From Amoebidium appalachense (lineage: Eukaryota; Protista; Ichthyosporea), in NCBI GenBank assembly GCA_963693365.1, contig CAVNZM010000001.1:11620161-11684160 (forward strand): 64,000 nucleotides of DNA, written 5' to 3'. The notes under the pieces are model-generated. The model made no database searches, was not told where the DNA came from, and worked only from the letters and a program-made list of their open reading frames with translations. Shown one piece after another: positions 13,772-25,037 of the stretch. Made by a program: the position numbers and the translations under genes. How positions within the stretch are numbered: the stretch's first letter is position 1; each line of letters starts with the position of its first letter.

Positions 13772-14255
13772 TCCGTTGTTCGCCCTCCCCTCTTCCTTTT
13801 TTCCCTTGCTTGCTCGATTGGTACGCCAGGAGGCATTGATATATTCCTTCAAAAAAACGGTTCACATACTTCCTCCTCCCCTCCTCCCAAAGAACTCTAG
13901 GGTAGCAATATTTCGAATTCTGGCTTCATGTACAACCAAACGGGGTTATATTTAAAAAGTTCCAAATCCCCTGGGAGGTCCCTCCGGGAACAAAACGGGA
14001 GGGAAAAAAAACAAAAAAAAAATCAAAGTCCCAAACTACGCCACCTAGGCTATATTGTTGTGGCTCCCACTACTCTACACATGCTTGTTGAACTCAGTAT
14101 TGTTTTTCTACTGCACCATGCTATGTAATAAATTAAGTACACATGCATGCAGCGGCGCTTTTCAAAGTTGCCCGTCGCTAGTCTCTATGTATCAGAGTGG
14201 ATATCTCCGGGATACTTCGAGGTGAGAATGAACAGTGTTTTGCTTGTGGAAGAGA

Positions 14256-14346
<91 letters not shown>

Positions 14347-14377
14347 TGTATGTGTTTCAGTGTGTGCGTGTGTATGC

Positions 14378-14414
<37 letters not shown>

Positions 14415-14502
14415 TGTGCATGCATGTGCGTGCGCCTGTATGCGTGGGCGGGGTGAAGGGGCCTTGGTTTCATTTGCAGCCTAATATGCCAGACAGATCT
14501 GC

Positions 14503-15159
14503 TCACTGGCATCCCTGCCAGGAGCGCTTGCTCACTTTATCAGTTAAGCGAACACATCTACGGTTCCCGTCGCAGCCGCAATCATCCTCACAACACGTCA
14601 GCTGTTGTGGATAATCCATGCCGAGGGGATAGCAGGGTTTCTCTCTTTTCACGTAGTTGGGGTCGGTACAAGACGTAGCCATGGTGAACATCCAAACACT
14701 CTTGCATTTCCCGTTCACACATTTTCGACGTCCATCGCACGAACAATCATCCATGCACGCCCCTCCGTTTGAAGACTCGTCTCCAACGTAGAAACTGTTC
14801 TTCTTGCACGTGCGAGCTGGTGTTGCCTGTGTGCCTCCACTTGTGGTCGCTTCCTCCCCTGTTTTTGAATATGCCACCTTCTTCCAACCCCCCCGGCTTC
14901 TTGGTCTCGTGTCTTGTTTACGGAATCGTGAAACTTGCACTCTCACATCGGCCTCATCGTCCACATCCGTGCCTGTGGCGGCATCACGCCAGTATTCCTG
15001 GCGGTCTGATGCAACATAAGGCCAGTCTTGGTCATTTCCTTCAATGTCTTTAGCGTATGCGTGGGCAGAAGCACGCTTGTAGTCGTAGGGCCTTGCGTGG
15101 CGGCGGGCCTGGATGGTGCACGCTGCCAACATCAAAACAGAAAGAGCACAGAGACGCAT
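14503..15159 (-). CDS. Putative secreted cysteine-rich protein, 218 aa, intronless
   Basis: Hydrophobic signal-like N-terminus MRLCALSVLMLAACTIQA; two related Cys modules CMDDCSCDGRRKC and CEDDCGCDGNRRC; complex-sequence ORF. Confidence 0.7.
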   Translation of the reverse strand: MRLCALSVLMLAACTIQARRHARPYDYKRASAHAYAKDIEGNDQDWPYVASDRQEYWRDAATGTDVDDEADVRVQVSRFRKQDTRPRSRGGWKKVAYSKTGEEATTSGGTQATPARTCKKNSFYVGDESSNGGACMDDCSCDGRRKCVNGKCKSVWMFTMATSCTDPNYVKREKPCYPLGMDYPQQLTCCEDDCGCDGNRRCVRLTDKVSKRSWQGCQ

Positions 15160-16928
15160 CTCGGTTGGGTTTTGAAAACGGCCCGAAAGTTAGTGCTCAG
15201 GTGATGCCAAGGACAAACCTTGCAATTTTATTGCAAGCTGTTGTAGCCTACGATAGTCAAGGCCCAAAAACTGTTTATCCTTTAAGAGAACGGTACAGTA
15301 CTGTTTCCCGTAGCTACCGTAAGCGTATTTTGCTAAATGCTCCCTGCAGCAGGAGTGTTGTTGACTCCGGGGTACGTTGTGTCCGTGAGTCGTCGAGCTC
15401 TGACAAACAAACACAAATTTAAGGTAAGGGGCCCATGCTTTTTTGCTTTCTACATAGACCAACCAAGCGCGTTTTTTTTTATCCGCTCGACCGCCCGCAC
15501 ATTCCAGTGATAAAATCGACCCCTTTTTTTCATGATCAGAGGCCTGATCAGAGGGCCGTGGTATTAGCCCGGCCTAACACTCCAGATTGTACACACAACT
15601 AGCCTGTACGGCCCGACCAGGCCTCGCGGGCCGGCCTTATACACCGCACGATTCAATGGCGAAAAGAAGAAATAGAGAAAGAAAAATAAAAATAAAAACC
15701 AAACAACAAAGAAAAAAAGGGGGGAAGCGAGGGAAAGGGACTCATATTAAAAAGCTGAAGTTAAAAAAAACGAAGGTATTGCCGAGGAGATAGCAAATAC
15801 AGTCACTGTCATTGACATCATTGATATAGCGTCTGGCCAAGCCCTATCCACTGCAAGCCTTATACGTACCGCCATTTCCGAGCCAGGGGGGTGCCTTATA
15901 CTAAGAAATGATGGCGATATGGTTCACGATGCATATGAAATAAGAACTTTCATAAATTATATTATGAATATATGGATAATATTTTTTTAATAGAATAAGA
16001 AAGTAAAGGATATTTCTCGAAAAATCACCGGAATCGGCACGGAACATTACATGTAGTCCAATGCTGCACTAACGGTTAGAATGTCAAGTGTAAAACTATC
16101 CGTGTCATGATTCGGCCGGCCGCTGCCTTCAAGCTGTAAACATTTTTCTTTTGACTCGGTTTTATTGATCCGTTGATGAAGGCAACGTGCAGCCACAGGC
16201 TACATACTCACCAATAGAACTGAAAAAGCCAAAACTACGAAATAAAAATAAAGCGACAAGTGACAAAGGACACCAGCGGGCAAAACCTTAAGTGTACGTG
16301 TATGCGTGAAACTAGTTTGCTCCAACTAGTCATATGCATCGATGTTGACCAGACCACACTCCGCAAGAAGACATCATTACTGCTGCTTCCCAACAGGCGA
16401 CCCTCAAAACCTACCGAGGCACAGGAAGCAAGTCAGCCTCTAAAAGAGCAATGCAGACCAAATCTGAGCTAAAAAACAGTCCCAACGGGCCCGGCCCCTA
16501 GATGATAACCCGGAGAAACTGCATCTAGCTCTCTGATAAGGTGGCCTAGTTGTGGCAGGACACACAGGAAAACACAATTACAGAATGCATGCAAGCAAAC
16601 CCGGTCATTGCCATACGACTGGAGGCTAAGGACTGGCAGTCACTTGGAAAGCTCCCCGGCGACCAAGTAGCCGCCCATCCACTCACGCAGCGCAGAAGTA
16701 GCTGAAGAAGTTGCAGCAGCCCACCGCCAATAGATCGCGCAGAAGCGTAGACAGCGTGTAGAAGTTACCATAGGTTGCAGTGGACCACCAGGCGTTGAAG
16801 AAACCACTTCTCGAGCGAGAAACTCCGCGAAAGGGAGATGCCCCCACACTCTCACAGCAGTAGGAATACACCAGGCCACACCACACACACGCTGCAGTCA
16901 CGTTCACCCTGAGTGGGACTCCCTCCCA

Positions 16929-17231
16929 CCACAAAAACAAGAAACGAAAGCCTTTATATACCTGCCATGGTGAAGAATCGGGAAAAAAAGTTGACGTGAC
17001 AGCTAAGAGATCGAAGTGAAAGTGAAGTCCCACAAAAACAAGAAACGAAAGCCTTTATATGCCTGCCATGGTGAAGAATCGGGAAAGAAAGTTGACGTGA
17101 CAGCTAAGAGATCGAAGTGAAAGTGAAGTCCCCCACAAAAACAAGAAACGAAAGCCTTTATATACCTGCCATGGTGAAGAATCGGAAAAGTTGACGTGAC
17201 AGCTAAGAGATCGAAGTGAAAGTGAAGTCCC
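16929..17231. repeat. Tandem repeat, 3 x ~102 bp
   Basis: Units start at 16929, 17030 and 17133 (CCACAAAAACAAGAAACGAAAGCCTTTATAT...GAAAGTGAAGTCC). Confidence 0.9.
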
Positions 17232-17299
17232 TTTATACAGATAACTTGCTGATGGATTGATATTGGGATACTATAGTGCGGGATGACATCAGGCCTTGA

Positions 17300-17805
17300 T
17301 AATTTTTTTTTCTTTTTCTTTTGACTGGATTTATTCGACGGAAAGATATGCAAGGATGCACGGCATACTGAGAAGACAATAAAAACTTCACGAGTTATCC
17401 AGTAACAAGTGCATACTGAGATACCTGAACACTGTGTGAAAATCATATAAATACTCAATGTGACGACCAACAGAATTCAACAAAAAGTCTAAAGTGTTCA
17501 CATTGCCAGCTAGTGTAGCAGACACCCGTAGGGAAAGAGGTAAAACGCGACATAAAAACTCACACCTATCAACATGCTTGCGATTAAAAAGTTCAGCACA
17601 AAAATGGCACCAGCGGCGACTCGGATAAAAACAAGAATTACAACGCCACTGCACAAGTTCCCAGGCAATATTAACATCAGAGCACCATACACTGTACTTA
17701 TCTACTAGGGTGGTATCCATACGTACAGCAGGAGAAATGTATCCTGCCAAAGCTCACAAAAAGCGATAATGATCAGTACAGTGTTGCCTAAGGAACATAA
17801 TACAT
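17300..17805 (-). pseudogene. 3' end of outer non-LTR RT element (element R2): C-terminal Cys/His domain and A-rich tail
   Basis: ORF 17388-17750 (YISPAVR...QWRCN...C..C..FNRKH...C...NTLDFLLNS) aligns by eye with the C-terminus of ORF 20769-23513 (YILPSCR...QWRSN...FNRSCIAKC...NILDFILNT). T-tract at ~17303-17322. Confidence 0.75.
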
Positions 17806-18030
17806 TTTATTTTTATTTTTTTTTAATTATCCCGTTTCACTCCCGGCGAGGCACTGCCTCAGGGGAGCTTACCGTCTTCGGAATCCGCCTAGACACAGAT
17901 CGTACTGTATAGCACACTCATAAGTCAGGATCCTATTTGACCCCAACTGGCACTATTTTTAGTTACGCCTTATCCCACGGTTCTAGCCGCAGCAACGCTA
18001 GTGGGGAAGTGAGCACAGCGGGCCAATCAT

Positions 18031-19227
18031 GTGCTTGCGCGCACACTCAGCTACACTGATTCTGATGCTGAAAATGAAGAAAAACACGAACAAAGTTACG
18101 AAGACACACCCACAAACGAAAACGAACACATGACTGCGAAAGTGCATGAAGAAGATCACTTCGACCAGCCTAAAGCACCCGTATTTAACGAAATCCCCCT
18201 TGCAGGATCCCCTCTGGCGTCTGCAGGTGGACTGGCAGGCACGCCAAGTCGCCCGAGAGGCTCTGATGTCAGCACAGGCTCAGGAGGTAAGGCTGGGTCT
18301 ATATTGAACAAGCACTTTGCAGAGCACGAAAAACTGTGGTTGCACCCTCTCCGCCAGTTGCATGCATCCGAATACGGCCCCATCTTGGCTGCATTGAAAC
18401 TACCAGAATACAAGGGTGACTTGCAGGATAAATGCACGGTGATTGAATGGCTGCACGAATTTTCCCAGCAGATGTTTTGCATTGCAGGGGTCCCCCCCAC
18501 ACTTGCTGTTCGCTGGGCGGTGCAGTGCTTTCCTCTTGCTTCCCCCGCCCGTGTGTGGTACACGAATTTTACCAGGACACAGGGAGAACTCACGTTTGAT
18601 GCATTTGCACATGCACTAGTTACGAAATTTCACGACCAGCGTGTGCAAGAGGCACTCAGTGCCGAATTAAATGCACTCAAACAAGGCAAGCAAAAGGTGG
18701 CCGAATTTGCAAGCAGGCATGCGCGTTTGTGGGCACGTGTGTACCCCCTTAAGTCTGAGGCACACCAAATTTTGGATTTGTCTCACCGATTGGGTGGGGA
18801 AGACGAACAAGAATTTCGCAAATATCAACTCAGACAAACACGAAAAGAAGAAGAATTGACCCTGTCTGGAGTTGTTGCCTATCTCGCAGAAAAAGAAAGA
18901 GACAGGCACACACGAACCCCATCCACCATTCTAACACAGAAACCCCCCACAAAACAGCAACCCGGTGGTGGATCTGGTGCCAGCGAGAAGCCGTCTATTT
19001 TTTCGCGCATGGGCACCACCCCCTGCAACCGTGGGTGCAAGTACGGCAGCCACGCCGAAGGCAAGACGTGCCCGGCCCTCAAATTCGAATGCCACTCCTG
19101 CAAGCAGAAGGGGCACTTTGGGGGGTCACCAATTTGCCCCAAGTACGACCCCAACTTTAAGAAGGGAACCCGCAAGGCAGAGATTGAGGCTAATCGGGCC
19201 AAGTTCAAGAGAGCACGTGTAGAATAG
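18031..19227 (+). CDS. gag: Gypsy Gag
   Basis: Retrotransposon-gag-like core (ARVWY...TFDAF...LVTKF...LKQGKQKVAEF) and zinc knuckle CHSCKQKGHFGGSPIC. The true start may be the ATG at 18130. Confidence 0.85.
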   Translation: MLARTLSYTDSDAENEEKHEQSYEDTPTNENEHMTAKVHEEDHFDQPKAPVFNEIPLAGSPLASAGGLAGTPSRPRGSDVSTGSGGKAGSILNKHFAEHEKLWLHPLRQLHASEYGPILAALKLPEYKGDLQDKCTVIEWLHEFSQQMFCIAGVPPTLAVRWAVQCFPLASPARVWYTNFTRTQGELTFDAFAHALVTKFHDQRVQEALSAELNALKQGKQKVAEFASRHARLWARVYPLKSEAHQILDLSHRLGGEDEQEFRKYQLRQTRKEEELTLSGVVAYLAEKERDRHTRTPSTILTQKPPTKQQPGGGSGASEKPSIFSRMGTTPCNRGCKYGSHAEGKTCPALKFECHSCKQKGHFGGSPICPKYDPNFKKGTRKAEIEANRAKFKRARVE

Positions 19228-19773
19228 GAAGGCGGGCAAGGGACTGGTCTCTCCCCAGTAGAACATAATGTATTTGATTTAATAGCAGAGCTGGAACTGT
19301 GTTCCCCTCTGGCAGATAAATTGCAAAATAAATCTACTGGTGCGGAAATTTCTGTTGTCTCGGAGCCCTCCCACGAATCTGCATGTGCCCCACCCCCCCA
19401 CGAACAGTTACCCCCGTGTACTGACCCCCCCATGCACACGCACACCCCGCCCCCGCGCAAAAAGAAAAACGTGCATTTTGCTGACCGTGTGCACTCCTCC
19501 ATTGCAGAACCACGGCATGAAAATGCCACTGTGTGCACATTAACCCACGAAAATAAATGCACAGCCACACTTGCGCGAATGTATGTGCATGGGAAGCTAG
19601 TCACAGTAGTTGTCGACTCTGGTGCTAGCCATAGCTGTATAAGCACAGCATTTTACGAATCTCTCCCTGTAGTGGCAAGAAAACGAATTCAGCATGTTCC
19701 TAATTTTAGTGTACTGGATGCACAAAGTAACGAAATGACATGCCAAGGAAGTATATCTCTCACTCTCGCCATT
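19228..19773 (+). CDS. pol: Gypsy Pol N-terminal part: aspartic protease, first half
   Basis: Open and in frame directly after the gag TAG; retropepsin motif VVDSGASHS; truncated at ...LTLAI by the Ngaro insertion. Confidence 0.85.
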
Positions 19774-19863
19774 CTCTATGAAAACTACTCCGGGACGTGT
19801 GTTGCCTCTAGGGGGACATCCCCTTGGACGAAAGTGAACCTGCAATGGTTGTAAACCACGGCA
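19774..19863 (-). repeat. Ngaro terminal repeat B2 (90 bp)
   Basis: Identical by eye to B1 at 31917-32006. Confidence 0.9.
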
Positions 19864-20626
19864 AGCCCCCAGTCATCAATTTATTGATCCGTGAGGTCCA
19901 TGTGCCCAAAAAACGGGGGAAGTCTTCGCCCCGTGAAAAAACAGCACGTATGTGTGGATCAATGGGGGTTGTGCATCAGCAAACTTCATCCGGCATCCGA
20001 AACCCATTAAAAACCCATTAAAGATATCATAAACCCATAAACCCATCTTTTTGCCACTCTTTATCCCCCTCTTGTCTTTTAGATAACATAACAGCATCGT
20101 TTTGCTATCACGGGTTTTCTGGATATCATTTTGGTATCTTTTGCTAGATATCAAAATGATCTCATAATGGGCTCATACGGAGCACCCTGAACCCATCGTT
20201 GTTCTATCCTGTGGTCCATGTATTCAACAACCTCGTTATATCCGTATGATACCATTATGATAGTCTATTTGATATCATAAAATCTTTTTAGTCTGATGTT
20301 CAGAAGCGTTTTAGACATAATAAAGATATCTCTAATAGCGGATTAGGAGCCCTTCCCCATATCCTTATGGTAGCTATCACATATCCTTACGATATATATG
20401 ATAATCGATCATAAGATACATATATATCTATGGGGTTTACGCTGTTTACTCGAGGCAAAGAGAACCAGTCTCAGGTATGGGGGGGGGGGTTTTGCTCGGA
20501 ATATCCCCTCAGCGGTATATCATGATCACGTACATAGATGTCGGGTGGTGACTATATATCAGGGTTTACTTTCTCTACGAGACACCATAAAGACTACAAG
20601 GAGAAATCAATTAGTTGGGGTTCCCC

Positions 20627-20663
<37 letters not shown>

Positions 20664-20695
20664 GGGCTCCCCTCGGGACACTCGGTATCAGCTGG

Positions 20696-20764
<69 letters not shown>

Positions 20765-20768
20765 TGCG

Positions 20769-23384
20769 CTATAATTTTGTAGTGATGTGTTTCTCAAGCC
20801 AATCAATACATCTAATAAACAGGTCGTAGTTACGCGTGTTTAGTATAAAATCAAGGATGTTGTAATTTACAGGTAGGCTATCTTTCTGGGTGTCTGTTGT
20901 GAATGTGACGTGTGTGTGTTGCGGTATTATGTGGTCTATCAAACTACATTTGGCGATACATGACCGGTTAAACTGGTGTGTGTGTGTGTTGTTTGGGCAT
21001 GCAAATGATGCCACCTTATACTTATTAGATCTCCACTGTATAGCACGTGTACAGTAAAAGCGTGGTAATTGATCAATAATACCATCAGCTAGAGAAAGAC
21101 CAGTTCTACAGGAAGGTAATATGTATTTAGGTGTTATACACTTGCGAGTGCCATATTTGGCAATATGGTTGAGGCGGTCAGTATATATAAAACGAGACAT
21201 AAGGCTTAGTTTTTCAAGGTGTATGCTTTCATCGGGTCTAGTGTCGTTTGGTATCTTTTTCCATTTGTTATATTGCGTGATTATCTTGTGATTGTGTACA
21301 TGTTTAATAAGTAAGTGGCAGTCCAAAGTCACACACACACTATTGCGGGGTTTATTTGTATTTGTGCCCAGGGGAGAAGGGGAGAGAGAGGGGAGGAAAG
21401 AGGGGAGAGGTGAGGAGGGGACAGGTCGGATAGAGAAGAGAGGGTGGGAGGGCAAATACTTCTTTAAGCGGCTTATGTGCTTATTGAATTTCAGCGCGAG
21501 ATAGGATACTCTAGCAGCTATTGGGACCAGACCATATATCGAGAGCGTTACAGGCCCAGGTTTACAACAGTTGTTAGATAGAAAGGAGGCAACTTCTGCT
21601 TCAAGGAAATTTGCCAAGGGTTTAAGCGCTCTAGTTCTCTCTTTCTTGATCCAAGCGGCGAGAAGGGGTAAACCATATTCACATGCCGGGAAGACAAAAG
21701 TGCGAATAAATGTAAGTCTAATAGAAGGATGGAGGGGTGTGTCTTTAAAAATATTAGCCGAGAAGAAAGCTAACCGCTTACGAGCCAACTCTACCCTCTT
21801 TTCGACCATATGGGGAAACATAACACCAACAGAATCAACCGGAACACCAAGATATTTGTATTCTGGAACTATAGGTACAGGTTTAGATGATAATGTAAAT
21901 GTGTGTAAATTGTTAGCTATATCAGGTACAAGAACACCACATTTGTCTATGTTAAGGATCATAAGGTTTGCCTTGCACCACTCTGACACTACATCGAACA
22001 ATCTTTGCAGGCGTCTAGGGGTCCGGGCAAGGAGGGACAGATCATCAGCATAGAGAAGTGCAGGCGGAAAGTTATTAATAGGGTCATCGTTTTCGGCGTA
22101 AATCTTGACAGCCAAATCATCTATAAATAGGTTAAACAAAAAGGGGCTAAGCAATGAGCCCTGCAAGAGACCTCTAGTACGAGCAAAACCATATGAAAGA
22201 TGCCCATTAACCACAGCTCTACCATAGGTTTGAGACAAGAGTGCTTCTAACAGAACACCAATGCAGTGTGGTACACCCCGTGCAGCAAGCTTTTCCCATA
22301 GGAGACCAGGGGAGACAGAATCGTAAGCAGTTTTCCAATCAATAAAGCCAACATATTGTGCACCAACTTGCATAGAATCGTGCAGTGCCATTATTTGAAC
22401 ATAACATGAATTGTTTTTACGAAAAGCGGATTGGCATGGGTGTATGTGAAGAATAGATTGAAACCTAGGGTGATGTGCAAATAACCTAAGTAAGCAAGCT
22501 TCAAAGAATCTACGAACAACCTGGGTTAGTGTAATGGGGCGAAAGGATGATATGGGGCCCTCAGAGTCCTTCTTAACTATGGGGATCACTAAGGTATCTA
22601 ACCAAGATGACGGGACATGTCCACATTTAACACACCAAGAAAAGAGAGAGCTTAACATGATAGTAAGATCAGGTTTAATAGCACGATCACTTTCCTTTTG
22701 TGGGTAGGAGGGAACAAGGATTTTAAGAAACCCAGCAGGGAGTCCATCAGGTCCACAAGACTTACTAGAGCTATAACTAGATATCACAGACCATATGGCA
22801 TCGGGACTGAAAAAGGGGAGGATCGATTCTATGGGGATAGATGGGTCTACAGGCCACACAATAGGTTTCTGAGCGGGGGTCCTATCTTTAAACAGTTCCG
22901 AGAAATACTTATCAGAGTCTATGAGGGGGTCTCCAGTGGTATCACCAATAATACGAGCAGGGGGGCCAAATCGATTCATACTAGCAAGCCGGCGCAAGCT
23001 TTCCTTTTGAGACAGGGGTTCACCTAGTCTAGCGGGAGTGGTGTTTGGTAACAAGAGAGCATCGGGATATTCCTTCCTACCACCGCCAGCATAATCACCG
23101 AGATCTATCAAATCATCAACAATAAAGTTAGTGCATGTATCTAGTACGAGATGTGAATCTGGCCTGGCTTGTGCAGATTCTAATAGGCGCATATATATAG
23201 GGTGTTTCGTAGCATAGCATACACATACATCAACTCTACCCCACTGTGACTTAAGCTGGGATAGACGGAGGCGAAAGGTGGGAGGGGGAGGGGGGAGCAG
23301 ATCAAGGGAGATCTTAGGTAGGAAAAGGATAGGAGAGTGGTCAGATGACCTAGAGAGGTTAGGAGGGAGAGAGAGTTTTGACAT
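20769..23384 (-). CDS. Non-LTR-type reverse transcriptase (element R1), intact 871-aa ORF lacking an endonuclease domain
   Basis: Motifs KSCGPDG, FRPITL, QSAFR, FIDWKTAYDSV, GLLQGSLLSPFLF, LYADD, YKYLG; only an SDHSPI APE-end-like remnant at the N-terminus; ACCATG at 23384; 3' UTR with (CA)n and poly(A) at 20628-20659. Confidence 0.9.
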   Translation of the reverse strand: MSKLSLPPNLSRSSDHSPILFLPKISLDLLPPPPPTFRLRLSQLKSQWGRVDVCVCYATKHPIYMRLLESAQARPDSHLVLDTCTNFIVDDLIDLGDYAGGGRKEYPDALLLPNTTPARLGEPLSQKESLRRLASMNRFGPPARIIGDTTGDPLIDSDKYFSELFKDRTPAQKPIVWPVDPSIPIESILPFFSPDAIWSVISSYSSSKSCGPDGLPAGFLKILVPSYPQKESDRAIKPDLTIMLSSLFSWCVKCGHVPSSWLDTLVIPIVKKDSEGPISSFRPITLTQVVRRFFEACLLRLFAHHPRFQSILHIHPCQSAFRKNNSCYVQIMALHDSMQVGAQYVGFIDWKTAYDSVSPGLLWEKLAARGVPHCIGVLLEALLSQTYGRAVVNGHLSYGFARTRGLLQGSLLSPFLFNLFIDDLAVKIYAENDDPINNFPPALLYADDLSLLARTPRRLQRLFDVVSEWCKANLMILNIDKCGVLVPDIANNLHTFTLSSKPVPIVPEYKYLGVPVDSVGVMFPHMVEKRVELARKRLAFFSANIFKDTPLHPSIRLTFIRTFVFPACEYGLPLLAAWIKKERTRALKPLANFLEAEVASFLSNNCCKPGPVTLSIYGLVPIAARVSYLALKFNKHISRLKKYLPSHPLFSIRPVPSSPLPSFLPSLSPSPLGTNTNKPRNSVCVTLDCHLLIKHVHNHKIITQYNKWKKIPNDTRPDESIHLEKLSLMSRFIYTDRLNHIAKYGTRKCITPKYILPSCRTGLSLADGIIDQLPRFYCTRAIQWRSNKYKVASFACPNNTHTHQFNRSCIAKCSLIDHIIPQHTHVTFTTDTQKDSLPVNYNILDFILNTRNYDLFIRCIDWLEKHITTKL

Positions 23385-23965
23385 GGTTGATGGCCAATAT
23401 GATATCATTTCGAGGTCATTATAGGAGGTTTCGTATATGGTAATACATCTATAAGATACTATTACAGATGTCCTTTTCATATACAACGGATAGGTATGGT
23501 ATGCCGAAAACATTATCTAAAGATCATACGTTAAATGTCATAACGATATAAGCCTCATAACATAAAGATAACTAGGATGGGTCAAAAGAAATTTCGTAAT
23601 AATATCGTTTTGATAGTTTTAGGAGCCTTTAAAGATATGAGAAGTTCTGGCTGTATGTCCTCTACACGACATCTTTCTAGTATCTGTTACATATCGTTAA
23701 AACATATAGTAGTTTATCAGCTAACCATTCCTTATGATATTAGTAGCATATCGTTAACATAACTCTGTCACATCTTTTTGACATACAGCACATATATCAA
23801 AACGATAAATTTAAGGTATAATTAAGATTTATTAAGAATGATTTTCGCAATATAGTTATATTATCCTTTTCATATCATTATGTTATGTCTTGATATATAT
23901 GATTGAGCCATTTTCAAAGTTGATATCATCCAGACGTCGTTTCCGATCACTGTTTGATGTCGTTT

Positions 23966-24000
<35 letters not shown>

Positions 24001-24376
24001 ACCCCTTTCGAACCTGCCTGTCACGTGGTCATATGTCGTCGAGCCGCTGATTACAGATCCATTTTCTGCAGACACGTCCCACTGGAACGTGTCAACTATA
24101 ACTCATCTATTATCTTTTACGTAGGGTTATGTCCCACTGGGGCGTGTCTGTCACTTCAAATATTTTCTAAGACAAATATTTTTAAAGACATGTCCTCGGG
24201 ACATGTCTTCACACAATTTATTCGAACTACGAAAACACACAAAATAAATACACAGACACACACATAATAATAATAATAATAATAAAAATAATAAAAAGCT
24301 CTGTTACTTTTTCTCTTCGCACACACACACACAAAAAAAAAAGAAAAAAAGAAAAAAAAAGAAAAGTCACTCTTTT

Positions 24377-24410
<34 letters not shown>

Positions 24411-24619
24411 GAGTATAAAAGAGCAGCAACGAACATAAACAAAACTCAAAACAAGCAAACTATTATGCGGGTTTCTAAGAAGCTCCCAACATCATTAAAC
24501 TAAACACATGCTAATCCCTTGACAGAAGAGTAACAAGGTGTGTGTGTATGGGTATGAGGCCCAAAAAAAAAAAAAAGGACGCCCAACATGACAATATAAG
24601 GGGGGCACTCTTACACCAA

Positions 24620-24900
24620 ACCATACCATACCAAATGCCGGCAGAGTAATTAACAGGACAAAGAGCCGGTACCCACCTATGGGTGCTAAACATGCACATG
24701 ATCATTCATGTGCTATAAGAGCAACACAGAAACGAAACACGGAAACAACAGCAGCCATAGGACAAAGAACCAGACCCACAGGGTCTTGCCTCCATACTTT
24801 ATTTACCTTAACAGGACAAAGAGCCGGTACCCACCTATGAAACGAAAAACGGAAACAACAGCAGCCATAGGACAAAGAGCCGGTACCCACCTCTAGATGA
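24620..24900. repeat. Short interleaved direct repeats inside the TIR element
   Basis: AGGACAAAGAGCCGGTACCCACCT x3 and GGAAACAACAGCAGCCATAGGACAAAGA x2. Confidence 0.7.
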
Positions 24901-25000
24901 TAACGTAGCCTTATAGCTGCTGATGACTTCATGGGCCAACCTTGCCAAAACCTGTAAAGGAACTCGAGCTAAGAATTAGCTCATCCTACTTGCGAGAAGT

Positions 25001-25037
<37 letters not shown>

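Noticed and set aside
16135-16142. TGTAAACA as the start of the Gypsy 5' LTR
   Set aside because: The following sequence does not match the 3' LTR, and the R2 tail lies between it and gag.
19774-19854. C-terminus of ORF 19321-19854 as part of the protease
   Set aside because: It is read-through into Ngaro repeat B2; the real continuation is at 36819.
20660-20700. Penelope-like element or hammerhead ribozyme at the R1 end
   Set aside because: No CUGAnGA/GAAA core or GIY-YIG domain was seen, and the RT motifs are LINE-type.
23385-23513. First 43 codons of the 914-aa RT ORF call
   Set aside because: They lie in GATATC-motif arm DNA of the host TIR element; probably a chance open frame.
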